A DNA stretch of 62,935 bases, filler included, from Octopus bimaculoides (GCF_001194135.2; 5 parts of 5 records of this genome joined end to end with filler, not necessarily neighbours in it), one strand, 5' to 3'; numbered from the whole stretch's first letter, positions 28,672-40,495 are shown. Translations and numbers: made by a program. Notes: generated by a model from the sequence alone, not told the origin.

Positions 28672-28906
28672 ACGTGTATTATATATTATATATATATGTG
28701 GTTTGTGTATGTATGCGTGTGGATCGATGTGCGTCTGCGTGCATTTTTGTGTATGAGTACGCTGTATAAAAGAGAGATAAATGCAGAACACAGAACAATT
28801 TCTTTGCGCCCAGAAGTTTGTATGTATGAATTGTACATAGGTAGGTATCTATGTATGTACACATACATCATACATACATGTACTCACATGTATATGTATA
28901 TATATA

Positions 28907-29006
28907 NNNNNNNNNNNNNNNNNNNNNNNNNNNNNNNNNNNNNNNNNNNNTTAATTAATTAANNNNNNNNNNNNNNNNNNNNNNNNNNNNNNNNNNNNNN
29001 NNNNNN
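28907..29006. other. Artificial 100-bp scaffold spacer (44 N + TTAATTAATTAA + 44 N)
   Basis: The same 44/12/44 structure occurs at 49163-49262, 58846-58945 and 61553-61652. The 12-mer is palindromic and has TAA in all six frames. Confidence 0.95.
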
Positions 29007-29074
29007 TATATATATACATACACATATATATATAGAGAGAGAGAGAGTGAGAGAGAGAGAGAGAAAAGAAAGAA

Positions 29075-29935
29075 GAAATTGCAGGTGTGGAAGCAAGGTC
29101 TAGAATCAAAGGGCCTTAGAGTTAATTTAGCAAAAACCAAAGCCTTAGTAAATAGAAAAGTGGACTTATCACAAGTCCCTTCAGATAGATAGCTGTGCTT
29201 GTTATGAAGAAAAGGCATAGGTAGAAACTCCATAAGGTGTACCCTGTGCAAGCTATGGACACATAAGAGGTGCAGCAATATCAGAGGAAGGTTAACAGGG
29301 AAAAATAGTCATTGTGTGTGACAGATGCACAGGTACAATAAACGCAAGAAATGTACAGAAAATAGACTCCATGAAATGCCAGTGGGGGATACCTAGAAGT
29401 AGTTGATAGCTTCCGTTATCTAGGTGACCAAATCAGCAGTGGGGGGGGGATGCTCTGAGAGCGTAGTGGCTAGAATGAAAATAGGCTGAGCAAAGTTCTG
29501 AGAGCTTCTGCTTTTGTTGGTAACTTAGAACCTCTCCCTCAGAGTGAAAAGAAGATTGTATGAAGCTTGTATGCAAACAACTATGCTACATGGCAGTGAA
29601 ACATGGGCTGTGACTGCTGAGGATGTGTGCAGTTTTGAAAGGAAAGAAGCTAGTGTGCTCTGCTGGGTGTGCATGTATGACAGAGTGTAAACATCATGAG
29701 AGAAAAGTTGGGCGTAAGTGGCATCAGATGCAGTGTGCAAGAGAGACAACTGCACTGGTGTGGTCATGTGATGCATATAGATGAGGACCTGTGGATGAAG
29801 TAGACCCAGGAAGACATGAGACAATGTGGTGAAGCATGATCTTCAAACGCTGGGCCTCTTGGAGGCAATAACTAGTGACCGAGACCTTTGGCGATATGCT
29901 GTGCTTGAGAAGACTTGTCACGCCAGACATGTTTT
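29075..29935 (+). mobile_element. RTE-clade LINE, 3' part of the RT ORF (decayed)
   Basis: Translates through stops to a Cys-rich finger (RCTLCKLWTHKRCSNIRGRLT) and then LEVVDSFRYLGDQISSGGGCSESVVAR...LYEACMQTTMLHGSETWAVTAEDV. YLG and HGSETW are typical RTE C-terminal motifs. Confidence 0.9.
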
Positions 29936-30029
29936 TGCATGAAAGTCTGGAAACAAACAACACCACTTGTATGGTGGTGACGCCCGTTTACAGTTGTTAT
30001 GAGATGTCAAGACAAAGTATACACACACA

Positions 30030-30620
30030 CACACATATATATATATATACACAATGGGCCTCATTCAGTTTCTGTCTTCTAAATTCACTTACAAAGCTTT
30101 GGTCAGCCTGGGGCTACAGTAGAGGATAGATGTCCAAGGTTCTGTGCAGTGGGACTGAACCCAAGACCACATGGTTGGCAAGCAAGCTTCTTAACCACTC
30201 AGCCACACCTGCACCTACATTTTATTTGTTACCTTTTGTTTTTTACTTGTTACTGTCATTAAACTGCGGCCATGCTGGGGCATCACTTTTAGGAATTTTT
30301 AGCCAAGTGAATCAACCCCCTAGTACTTTTCTTTATAAGGCTGATACTTATTCTGTCGGTCCCTTTTGCCAAACTGCTAAGTTACAGGGATGTAAACACA
30401 CCAACACCAGTTGTCAAATGATGCTGGGGGACAAGCACACACATATATATACATACACACGACAGGCTTCTTTCTGTTTCCGTCTACCAAATCCACTCAC
30501 AAAGCTTTGGTTGGCCCAAGGCTATAGTAGAAGACATTTGCCCAAGGTGCCATGCAGAAGGACTGAACCCAGAACCATATGGTTGGGATGCAAATGTCTT
30601 ACCGCACAGCTATGTCTGCC
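30030..30620 (-). mobile_element. Two family B SINEs in tandem (head only 30030-30215; near full 30241-30620), CpG-depleted
   Basis: Reverse-complement match to family B, with many CG to TG/CA changes relative to the copy at 22640-23136. Confidence 0.88.
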
Positions 30621-30699
30621 TCTATATTTTTCATTACCTTTAATTTTTTTTAAAATTTGTTTATAATTCTATTTTTTATTTCATTTTTGTTTTTATCAG

Positions 30700-32374
30700 G
30701 GAACAGAGAAGGAAATTAGAGGAAAAACTCCATAATTTTGATAAAGATAAACGTGTCGATCAGTTGAGTGGTTACAAGTTTAGCCCTCAACAGGTTGCAT
30801 CACTTGAAACCAAGGAATCTGTCAGAGATTCCACTGACCAAACAGACTCACCTGCCAAAAAACAAACATTCCCAAAAGACCAAACGGCTAATATCCAAGA
30901 ACTACTGGAACACGGCAGAGCTCTCATTCAGTCGAGTATGGCACACATCAAAGATTCTATGGAATTACACCAAAAGGATTCCGATAGCTTAGAATTCTTG
31001 CCTCAGTTAAGTTCGACTACATTAAGCAAGCATTTTCCATTGACATTTGCAAATTTACCTGACAATATTTCCAAAGTCAGAGAATATCAAAAACATCTTC
31101 TTCAAAAGCATGAAGAAAAATTAAAATCCCCATTATCCAGCTTAGAAACTAAAATTCCTTCCCAGAATGCAGTAGCAGCAACTCCTGTCTCTGAAATGCA
31201 AGATACAGGTGATGGACCGTTGCTTCTGTCCCCACCTTCCCCGACTTTACGTCTTCCATTTGATCAGAATGAAGAATTAGTTGGTGTTGATGTTGGTACA
31301 GATTACAGCAGAATCAGACCAAATATTTCTCTGTCTTCTACTACAAGTCACGAAGCCCAAGAACCAACACCGACTTCGAAACTGGAGCAACTGTTCCAGT
31401 CTTTTAAGACACTGAAAGGTTTGAAACCAACTTCTGCTATGACAACTGGAAAGACTGAAACCAAATTCCAGGAACACCAGCAGCAATTAGAATGGCTAAA
31501 TTCTTTACCAGATTCCTTGCTGCCTTCTTCCACTTCTTTTGACAACATGGAGCCTGAAAATACCTTGCAGTTAGAAGACATTCTTTTGCCGTCTGGAACT
31601 GATGGCTTGGAGTTTATTGAAAGTCAAAAGCCAAGGCAGCAATACCAACAACGCCAGTCTGGTTTGTTAAGTCTGGTGCCAGAGAAATCCAATGTGCCAT
31701 TTTATGATGTTGATTTATTAAACATGTTGCCTGAGAAAGATGCGGAAAGCTTGCATTCTGAGGACAGTCAAAAACTGTCGCAATACACCGACGATGAAAG
31801 TTCGTCGTTTTTGACAGAACTTTTGTCATCTGGAATAAATGGACACACAGATACTGGATACAGCTCTGAGCATATCAGGAGCCATGATTTAATCAAAAAC
31901 GCTTCCAACAGTAACGATAGAATTCAGAGCAACCAGTATAGTTTACAGAAACAGCTAAGCAACATTGAGAAGCAAACCAAGTTGCTCAATCAACAGTTGT
32001 CAGCCAGCAACGAGCAATTTGACAGACAAGTCAAAGCTGCTCTGAAACTTAAAGAAGAAATAGGGAGCCTGGCAACCACAAATTCACCCAGTTTCCAAAA
32101 TGTTCCTGCAGCTTTGGCATCACAGAGGACGCTTGAAGGGATAATGGATTTGCGGCGTCCACCTATACAGCGGTCAGCGTTTATTAATGGTCATTTTCCT
32201 CATGAACTCAGTGCTATTGAAGAGGCAGAAAGTATATTAATGACCTCCTGTCGATCCGATAATCACCGTCATTACTCTTCTCTCTCACCAATTACTGTTG
32301 ACAGAGATCACAAGAAATCAGGCATCCAACTTGACCATTCCAACAGTGGCGACACTCCTCAGCACAGCAGACAA
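30700..32374 (+). CDS. CEP295: Internal coding exon (1675 nt) of a large Ser/Thr/Pro-rich, coiled-coil-containing protein, tentatively CEP295/Ana1-like
   Basis: Polypyrimidine acceptor ttttatcag| at 30699, 558 open codons (EQRRKLEEKL...VREYQKHLLQKHEEKLK...HSRQ) and donor caa|gtaagt at 32375. Starts in phase 2, ends in phase 0. Coding status is strong; the gene name rests on recalled motif similarity and is tentative (about 0.6). Confidence 0.88.
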
Positions 32375-32759
32375 GTAAGTTCAATAATTTTGTTGTTTTA
32401 ATCCCAATTCAATTTGATGAAACTGATTAATGATTAATGGTCAGAGGTAATAAGTCATGATCATCACATCTGAGATTTTTAGGGATATCTTTGGGTAATA
32501 GGTGCAGGTTTGTCTTTGTGGTATGAACTTTGCTTCTCAACCACATGGTTCCAGGTTCAATTTGACTGTGTGGTACCTTGGGCAATTGTCTTCTACTGAC
32601 CAAAGCCTGAGGCTGTAGTAGATTTGATAGACAGAAACTGAAAGAAGACCATCATATATGTGTGTGTGTCTGCACCTATACATGGCTGTGTGAAACATCT
32701 AGGTGGTGACCTGCCCACCACAGCAGAATTGAGACCCTAATCCCAAGAGGCCACATAAA

Positions 32760-32965
32760 AAAAATTGCAGTCGTGGCAGATACCGGTGTCACACAAATTG
32801 CACATAAAGGTACTCATTACACCCTCAGGGTGGTTGACATTAGGAAGGTCATCTGGCCATAGAAAACCATACCAAGTTAGGCTGGGGTCTGGTGCAGTCT
32901 TCCAGCTTACCATCCCTGGTCAAACCATTCAACCCATGGCATCATGGACAACAGACGTTAAATAA
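32760..32965 (+). mobile_element. SINE/LINE-tail family D (RTE-type 3' end)
   Basis: gggtggttgacattaggaagg...gtcaaaccattcaacccatggcatcatggacaacagacgttaaataatgatg; shared with 39385-39705, 40040-40233, 41145-41285 and 47688-47790. Confidence 0.75.
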
Positions 32966-32990
32966 TGATGTCTTTATTTTTTTTCTCTAG

Positions 32991-33060
32991 GATTTCAATC
33001 CATCTCAGACCTCAGTTTCCATGGATCAAGCGCCATGTCTCTCGTCAACTGGTTTCCCAG
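32991..33060 (+). CDS. CEP295: 70-nt coding exon of the same gene (DFNPSQTSVSMDQAPCLSSTGFP)
   Basis: Acceptor tttttttctctag|, donor cccag|gtgagt. Phase 0 in and phase 1 out, which bridges the two large exons exactly (g+at = Asp). Confidence 0.85.
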
Positions 33061-33104
33061 GTGAGTTGTAATAATTAAAAATAATGATAAAGATAATAAT
33101 GATG

Positions 33105-33920
33105 GTTTCAAATTTTGGCACAGGTACAACAGTTTTTGAGGAGAGGGAGAGGTTGATTACATTGACCCCCAATATTCAACTGATGCTATTTTATCAATTC
33201 CCCTAAGGATGGAAAACAAAATCAACCTCAGCGGAATTTGATTTCAGATTGTAAAGATGGATGAGATGCTGCTAAGCATTTTTCCCAGCATACTAGCAAT
33301 TCTGCCAGCTTGCCCCCTTAATGATGGTACTACCAATAATAATAATAATCTTCCCTACTAAAGGCACAGGGCCTGAAATTTGGGGTGGGGTGGGGATTAG
33401 TCAATTACATCAACCCCCAGTGTTTCAATGATACGTAATTCGTTAACCCCGAAAGAGTTGAAATGCAAAGTCAACCTTGGTGGAATTTGAACTCAGAATG
33501 TAGTGGCAGACGGACAAAAGGCCACTAAGCATTTTGCCTGGTATCATAATAATAATAATAATAATGGTAATGATTTCAAATTTTGGCACAAGGCCTGCAA
33601 TTTCAAGGAGGTGGGTAAGTTGATTACATCGACCCCAGTGCTCAACTGGTATTATCTATTCCATCAACCCTGAAAGGATGAAAGGCAAAGCTGACCTTGG
33701 TAGAATTTGAACTCAGAATGTAGAGGCAGACAGCATCTCTTCTGGCTTTGTGTCCCAAGTTCAAATTGCACTGAAGTCAACTTTGCCTTTCTTTCATCTT
33801 TTTGGAGTCGATAAAATAAGTACCCGTGGAACAGTGGGGCCAATAAGCACTGGGGTCAACTAGGCCCCTCGCCCCCAAAATTTCAGGCCTTGTGCTTACA
33901 AAAGAAAGGATTATTGCTGT
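33105..33920. mobile_element. Four intronic family A SINEs: minus 33105-33320, 33355-33545 and 33570-33735; plus 33755-33920
   Basis: Recognisable family A bodies with pervasive CpG decay (gtcgattacatcgacc becomes gttgattacattgacc). Confidence 0.88.
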
Positions 33921-34484
33921 TGNNNNNNNNNNNNNNNNNNNNNNNNNNNNNNNNNNNNNNNNNNNNNNNNNNNNNNNNNNNNNNNNNNNNNNNNNNNNNN
34001 NNNNNNNNNNNNNNNNNNNNNNNNNNNNNNNNNNNNNNNNNNNNNNNNNNNNNNNNNNNNNNNNNNNNNNNNNNNNNNNNNNNNNNNNNNNNNNNNNNNN
34101 NNNNNNNNNNNNNNNNNNNNNNNNNNNNNNNNNNNNNNNNNNNNNNNNNNNNNNNNNNNNNNNNNNNNNNNNNNNNNNNNNNNNNNNNNNNNNNNNNNNN
34201 NNNNNNNNNNNNNNNNNNNNNNNNNNNNNNNNNNNNNNNNNNNNNNNNNNNNNNNNNNNNNNNNNNNNNNNNNNNNNNNNNNNNNNNNNNNNNNNNNNNN
34301 NNNNNNNNNNNNNNNNNNNNNNNNNNNNNNNNNNNNNNNNNNNNNNNNNNNNNNNNNNNNNNNNNNNNNNNNNNNNNNNNNNNNNNNNNNNNNNNNNNNN
34401 NNNNNNNNNNNNNNNNNNNNNNNNNNNNNNNNNNNNNNNNNNNNNNNNNNNNNNNNNNNNNNNNNNNNNNNNGTTTTATTTTAG

Positions 34485-37400
34485 ATCCAAATGTTTCTTC
34501 AAGAAGTGACCCTTTGAGTCCCAGATCTTTTACTTTATGGAAAAATACCTGTGTTTCAGTATCAGGGACAGCAGAAGAAGATTCAGGTAGAAATGGAAAC
34601 CACTCAGCAGATAAAATCTGGAGAGAAATTCTTGAACGGTCAAGATCTCATGGGAGTTCTGAAGATGTGTGTGGCATGAATCATGGAAACAGCATGGAGT
34701 TGAGCCCAACGTCAATGAAAACTGCAAACTCTGAAATAAATTTTGGTCCTCTACAGTGTGATCCCAAATCATCAGAGACCAGTTCCGATGAAATAAAATT
34801 GCCGTCGGTTTTACCACCTGAGTCTTCAACAGTATTACCTTCATCACATCTGACAGCTGCTGCTTCTGAAAGTTCTTTATCAGAAATTCTATCTGAAGGT
34901 GGTTCCTTGTCCACAGAACTTATGGACAACCACAGAGACTTGTCGGCGTTTTTGGCCCAGCTACGTCTTTTAGCACTAAAGAATCAGGCAATTTCAATCA
35001 ATTCCTTAAGAACTGTGACGACTAAACCTGATGCCATGCAAAACTTTGCAGAAGATGGCGCAGCTTCTGTTACTGACAAACCATCATATAACTCGGTGCT
35101 TTCTGTTGCCAATGCTACAGTTTCTACAATAGACAATGCAACAATTCCTGAAGCTGATAGGAACAGTGTGGACCAATCAGAAATATCCAAGTTTACTCTC
35201 TTTCATTTCTCTGATAAAAATGTCAGCAGTGCTGCAACAAACGGTAACAGTACCACTTTTGATTCTGCCATTGTTAATAACATAACTAGTCAAGATTCCG
35301 TATCAAACATTGATTCTATTCCTGTTCTTGAAACTTCCACTCCAAGTGTTTCTGTTCCAGAAAATTCTTTTGATCTTGGAGAAATTATTGCTCCTCTCCT
35401 TTCTAAATTCAAAGACCGCTTGTTTATCAGTAACCCTTTCCGTGCTTCTTCACCCATCTCCAGTTTGACTCGCGTAAGCAAACTGCCTGACTCTTCTTCT
35501 CTTAGCGCTAATGAAGACTTGTCTCCAAAGACAGCAGCTCAGTATGACGACTCCTCTTCGCAAAACACTTTCCCTTCTCTTGAAAAAATCAGAACTGCTC
35601 AAGCTCTCTCTCCTCAGGAACCAGCTTATCAAAACTCGCCAACCCCTCATTACTGTCCACCTCAAACAAACACGTCCACACTGGACTCTCTGCCCTTTTC
35701 TCACACCACATTACATAGCTGTAGTGACCAAAGCAACATGACAAGAACCAATCAGATATGTGTCCCAGAACCACCAGAATTATTGTCTCCCACAATTTCC
35801 CAATATTCCTACAGTTCATCATCCAGCCTTGATGAAATAGACACAGATAACCACCGACTATTAGCACCAGACCAAAATTTGTGTCTTTCAGACAAATCAT
35901 TCCTTAATTCTGTTGAAGTTGTCAAAGAAATCAACCTACAAAATTCTAAAGATCAACAACAACAGCCGACGTCTATCTCAGTTCCAAGTGATTCCATGCT
36001 TTATTCTAATCTTTGCAATCAGTCGCAGTCTCTCTCTTCCTCCTCACCACCACCACCGTCCAATCAAGTCGTCTCCCAGAAGTCGCCCGGTGCATCGCAC
36101 CTTTTGCTGAATGGTGCCATCAAAGACCAAGGTTTGGAAGAGTCCAGTGTCTCAGACTCGACAAGTCGATCTCAATGTACTGTTGTGATGAGGAAAGTTT
36201 CATCCAAGAAAATGCCTTTAGCTCACTCTGCATCTTCGCCGTCATCGTCATCATCGACAACAACAGCAACAATAGAGAAAACAGACAAAACTGCTGCAAT
36301 GAAATCTACATCGTTTGCAAACTCAGCACAAATTTGGTCAGAGATTCCTCCACCCAAAGCCGCATCCAATGCTATGATTCCACCCCAAAACACTAAATCT
36401 GCTGACTGTCACTCATCCTCATCAGCCTCGTCTCTGACTCAGTATTCTTATTCTTCCTCTCCTTCCTCCTCTTCTTCCCAAGAAGATCTTTCTACCAATT
36501 CTAATTGCATTGTACCAAACCCTTCTAAAGGACCTGCAATGTGTGAAGCCAAAATTTTCTTCAACCCTTTATCAAATGGTGCTGATGTTATCACGCAGGA
36601 GGAAAAGGCATTGTGGGGAGATGGGCCCAAGGCAGATGATGCTAACGATGGAGCCTGGTTCTCTCTGTTACAGGAGGACGTTTCTATGGCAACATCAAAC
36701 GGCTCACCACTTTTCAAACATGAAAGCCTTCCCCTCAGTATATCTCCAATTCTCAGTTCTATCCACAGCGAAAGTACTGATGACACACCAGACCGATATT
36801 CCTCTCCTCCATTACAGTTCCAACAGGTAACCTTACAGTCAACCTGCAAAATGGAGAACCCTTACCGTCAAACCTTGCCTGACCCCGTAACTCTCAACGT
36901 TGTCAATTCTTCGTCTTCACCACAACCAATGTCAACATTGACAACGATGACAGCCACGACACAACAGTCTAATGGGAATAGCTTGTCCCTCTCGGGTGAA
37001 AATAACTCATCATCAGGACAAGCGGTCACCATTTTGACCAGTTCCAGTACTCTTAGTGGTCTGAGTGATTTATCTCTTCCCAGCAACATCAAACAAGACT
37101 ATCGAGTCCTGTTAGATCAGGCGAGAACGTTTATGAAGCGCTTCAAAGAAAACGAGAAAAAGCAAAATGCCTCAGACTCCCAGGCTAGTCAAAATGTGTG
37201 TAAGGAGCCAACAGCTTTAGAACAACAGGGGCCCAATCGAGCAACAGCTTTTGAACAGCAGGGGCCCAATAGAACAACAGCTTTTGAACAACAGGGTCCC
37301 AATTTAGCCACAGCTTTTGAACAACAGGGCCCCAATAGAGCAACAGCTTTTGAACAGCAGAGGCTCACTACAGAAGGAGTGAATGCACCAACAGCTCTTG

Positions 37401-37582
37401 AACAGCAAGGGACCAGCATAACAACTGCTGGTGACCAACAGGGTCCCGTTGCACCAACTGTTACTGAACTGCAAGGTGTCGATGAAATTGTCCCTATTGA
37501 ACAACTAGATCCCAATGATGTTGCAGAAATTATTCAGAGGCATGAAGTTTCCTTGAAAAGATTTGATTCCATATTTGATCAG
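34485..37582 (+). CDS. CEP295: Giant coding exon (3098 nt) of the same gene, very Ser-rich, containing an 11-aa tandem repeat
   Basis: Acceptor ttttattttag| at 34484, more than 1030 open codons in AT-rich DNA, donor gatcag|gtaaat at 37583. Phase 1 in, phase 0 out. Confidence 0.9.
37211..37522 (+). repeat. In-frame 33-nt coding tandem repeat (TAFEQQGPNRA)
   Basis: Four near-perfect units (37211-37342), one partly diverged unit, a 15-nt insert and four degenerate units. Variation in the QQG core is mostly at third codon positions (caa/cag, ggg/ggt/ggc). Confidence 0.95.
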
Positions 37583-37659
37583 GTAAATATATATTTCTTC
37601 TTCAATTTTAATTTTCCATAAGTTTAAAACATCTTCATTTGAAAATATATATATATATA

Positions 37660-38907
37660 TCTATATATATAAAAATGAGAATGTGTGTCTGTCTGTCTGT
37701 CTGTGTGAATCCCTAAAACTCGAGAACTACGCAACCAATTTCATTCAAATTTTACACATGCCTTACTTAGTATTACGTGTCAAAAGTGAAACAAAAACAC
37801 TCATGTCAAATACTTTCACTTTAAAAATGAAACTATTCCACTAACTGAAACAATCGCATTTCGATACTGTAATGACAGATACTTTCAGAGAGAGAGAGAG
37901 AGAGATGTATATGTATACATATAGATGTATATGTACNNNNNNNNNNNNNNNNNNNNNNNNNNNNNNNNNNNNNNNNNNNNNNNNNNNNNNNNNNNNNNNN
38001 NNNNNNNNNNNNNNNNNNNNNNNNNNNNNNNNNNNNNNNNNNNNNNNNNNNNNNNNNNNNNNNNNNNNNNNNNNNNNNNNNNNNNNNNNNNNNNNNNNNN
38101 NNNNNNNNNNNNNNNNNNNNNNNNNNNNNNNNNNNNNNNNNNNNNNNNNNNNNNNNNNNNNNNNNNNNNNNNNNNNNNNNNNNNNNNNNNNNNNNNNNNN
38201 NNNNNNNNNNNNNNNNNNNNNNNNNNNNNNNNNNNNNNNNNNNNNNNNNNNNNNNNNNNNNNNNNNNNNNNNNNNNNNNNNNNNNNNNNNNNNNNNNNNN
38301 NNNNNNNNNNNNNNNNNNNNNNNNNNNNNNNNNNNNNNNNNNNNNNNNNNNNNNNNNNNNNNNNNNNNNNNNNNNNNNNNNNNNNNNNNNNNNNNNNNNN
38401 NNNNNNNNNNNNNNNNNNNNNNNNNNNNNNNNNNNNNNNNNNNNNNNNNNNNNNNNNNNNNNNNNNNNNNNNNNNNNNNNNNNNNNNNNNNNNNNNNNNN
38501 NNNNNNNNNNNNNNNNNNNNNNNNNNNNNNNNNNNNNNNNNNNNNNNNNNNNNNNNNNNNNNNNNNNNNNNNNNNNNNNNNNNNNNNNNNNNNNNNNNNN
38601 NNNNNNNNNNNNNNNNNNNNNNNNNNNNNNNNNNNNNNNNNNNNNNNNNNNNNNNNNNNNNNNNNNNNNNNNNNNNNNNNNNNNNNNNNNNNNNNNNNNN
38701 NNNNNNNNNNNNNNNNNNNNNNNNNNNNNNNNNNNNNNNNNNNNNNNNNNNNNNNNNNNNNNNNNNNNNNNNNNNNNNNNNNNNNNNNNNNNNNNNNNNN
38801 GAAATATGGTATCGTAGCTACTAACAGTTGAGGGTTGCGTAGTCTAGACAGCGTTTTTAGATTTCATTATTCTCTTTAACCCGGGCAAAGCCGGGTATTT
38901 CTGCTAG
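37660..38907 (+). mobile_element. Non-autonomous Helitron with both termini intact (centre hidden by an N gap)
   Basis: 5' a|TCtatatatataaaaatgag followed by a (GTCT)n tract; 3' GC-rich hairpin acccgg-gcaaag-ccgggt (38879-38896), then CTAG|t. It is inserted between A and T with no TSD, the canonical Helitron signature. Confidence 0.85.
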
Positions 38908-38930
38908 TATATATATAAATCCTTTTACTG

Positions 38931-39545
38931 TATTTCTGTTGAAATATACTGTCTTCATTATTTTCACAATTAATTGAAATTAAGATTTTAGTCACAATAA
39001 CTTCGTCATCATTAAGATGTTTTAAAGAACATAAATTAACATGTACTTTTGATGGAAGGTTTTAATTTAGATCACTTTAACTCTTTTGTTACCATATTCC
39101 TGTTGAAATATAAAACCTTTGTTTCAATTAAGTTTGAAAATAATAAGGAATTTAGCTACAATAACTTTGTCATTACTAATCTGGTGTCTGGAATCAATTA
39201 ACATGAAATTTTGATGGTAAGTTTTAATTTCGATCACTTTACCCCCACCTCCAACTGCACACATTTAAAAAAAAAAAAATTTTTTAACCATATTTCTGTT
39301 GAAATACACAGCTTTCGTGTCAGTAAAGTTTATAAAATAATGACGAATTTAGTAAAATGATTTTTGTCATTATTAAGCTCGTATCATCATCGTCGTTTAA
39401 CGTCCGCTTTCTATGCTAGCATGGGTTGGACGATTTGACTGAGGACTGGTGAAACCGGATGGCAACACCAGGCTCCAATCTAATTTGGCAGAGTTTCTAC
39501 AGCTGGATGCCCTTCCTAACGCCAACCACTAGAACATAAATTCAT
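38931..39545 (+). repeat. Three diverged tandem units of about 165-195 bp, the third interrupted by a family D insertion
   Basis: Units start tatt(t/c)ctgttgaaata at 38931, 39095 and 39291. Unit 3 breaks at attaagctcgt (about 39382) and resumes at agaacataaatt (about 39531). Confidence 0.8.
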
Positions 39546-39705
39546 AACTGGCACCCATGCCATGTAAAATGCACCCGCTACACTCTTGGAAGGGTATCCA
39601 GCCATAGAAACCATGCCGAATCAGATTGGAACCTGGTGCAGCTCACAAGTTTTCAGTCAAACCGTCCAACCCATGCCAGCATCGAAAACAGACATTAAAT
39701 GATGA
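39385..39705. mobile_element. Inverted pair of family D elements (minus 39385-39530, plus 39548-39705)
   Basis: The minus copy is well preserved (tttaacgtccgctttctatgctagcatgggttggacgatttgac...ggatgcccttcctaacgccaacc). The plus copy is more decayed. Confidence 0.85.
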
Positions 39706-40039
39706 TTATGATCTACATCATCTCTAAGGTGCTGCACAGTGTGTGCCTCCACATGATTTTTATCAATTAAGCCTTATATGGACTGAAGACAGTTGCATCA
39801 AGAGCTGCTGATCTCTACTTGTAGAGGGAGCATGTGGACGGGGTAGACCCAGGAATCATGGGACGAAGTGGTGGTGAGAAAGGATTTTCAGACATTAGGA
39901 CTCAAAGAGGGGCAAGACTCCTGGTGGTCTGTTGTGCTTGAAAAAATACATCAAGCTAAGTAAAAGTATGGTTGCCCTTGCACACAGGCTCCCCTGCATC
40001 CCTTACCAGCTGAGCATCCCTAATTTTGCTGGCTCGTGA

Positions 40040-40233
40040 GTGCTGGTACCACATAAAAGACATCCATGTTGTTACTGCATAAAAGCACCCAGTACACTCT
40101 GGTTGGTTGGCACTAGGAAGGGCATCCATCCAGCTGTAGAAACCATACCAAAACAGACCTGGAGCCTGAACAGCCCTTCAGCTGGCCAGCTCCTGTCAAA
40201 CCATCCGCACCATGCCGTTAAATGATGACGACG
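40040..40233 (+). mobile_element. Family D element
   Basis: ggttggcactaggaagggcatcc..cagctgtagaaaccataccaaaacagacctggagcctg...ttaaatgatgacg. Confidence 0.8.
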
Positions 40234-40402
40234 TCCAAGGGTTATGTGGATCCCAGCTGAGAACCAGTGTGTTAGAGCTTACCCTCCAGTTACCAGGAGA
40301 TGAATATAAGTGGAACCAAGGTTTATAGCCTGACCAATTATCTTATTTTTTTGTTTTGCCATCATTGCAGTTGTTTTAATTTAATTTTCTGCTTTTCTTC
40401 AG

Positions 40403-40495
40403 ATGCAACAATCCTCTGTTGGAATTTTAGAAGAACCCGACCTAAGCTTGGTTTCCAGTGAAACACTTTCCAACTTAGATTATGGAAGCAGCTAA
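40403..40495 (+). CDS. CEP295: Fourth visible exon (40403-40551); frame reads MQQSSVGILEEPDLSLVSSETLSNLDYGSS then TAA
   Basis: Acceptor ctgcttttcttcag|, phase 0 matching the previous exon, donor caattg|gtaagt at 40552. GILEEPDLSLVS resembles the GIMEEPELTLIS motif I recall from the C-terminal part of vertebrate CEP295 (needs alignment). In-frame TAA at 40493-40495. Confidence 0.75.
   Translation: MQQSSVGILEEPDLSLVSSETLSNLDYGSS

Noticed and set aside
160-28962. Dozens of ORFs such as [24 protein letters not shown] and THTHTH in the ORF track (also at 52528, 56925-57694 and 62405-62740)
   Set aside because: They are translations of AC, AT, TATC and trinucleotide microsatellites, which lack stop codons in some frames. 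No coding signal.
28951-28962. TTAATTAATTAA as a homeodomain site or conserved element
   Set aside because: It is always centred in exactly 44+44 N, so it is an artificial six-frame stop linker.
34530-37515. Antisense and off-frame ORFs of 60-130 aa overlapping the giant exons (also 31277-31829)
   Set aside because: Shadow ORFs expected opposite Ser/Pro-rich coding sequence; no independent splice signals or recognisable products.
37211-37522. 33-nt periodic repeat as a CRISPR-like array
   Set aside because: The units are contiguous with no unique spacers, lie in frame within a eukaryotic exon and vary at synonymous positions. No cas genes are present.
30764-37621. Treating ORFs 30764-32401 (545 aa) and 33890-37621 (1243 aa) as two stand-alone genes
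   Set aside because: Both begin at non-ATG codons, the second inside a SINE and across a gap. Canonical splice sites and a phase-matching 70-nt exon join them into one gene.
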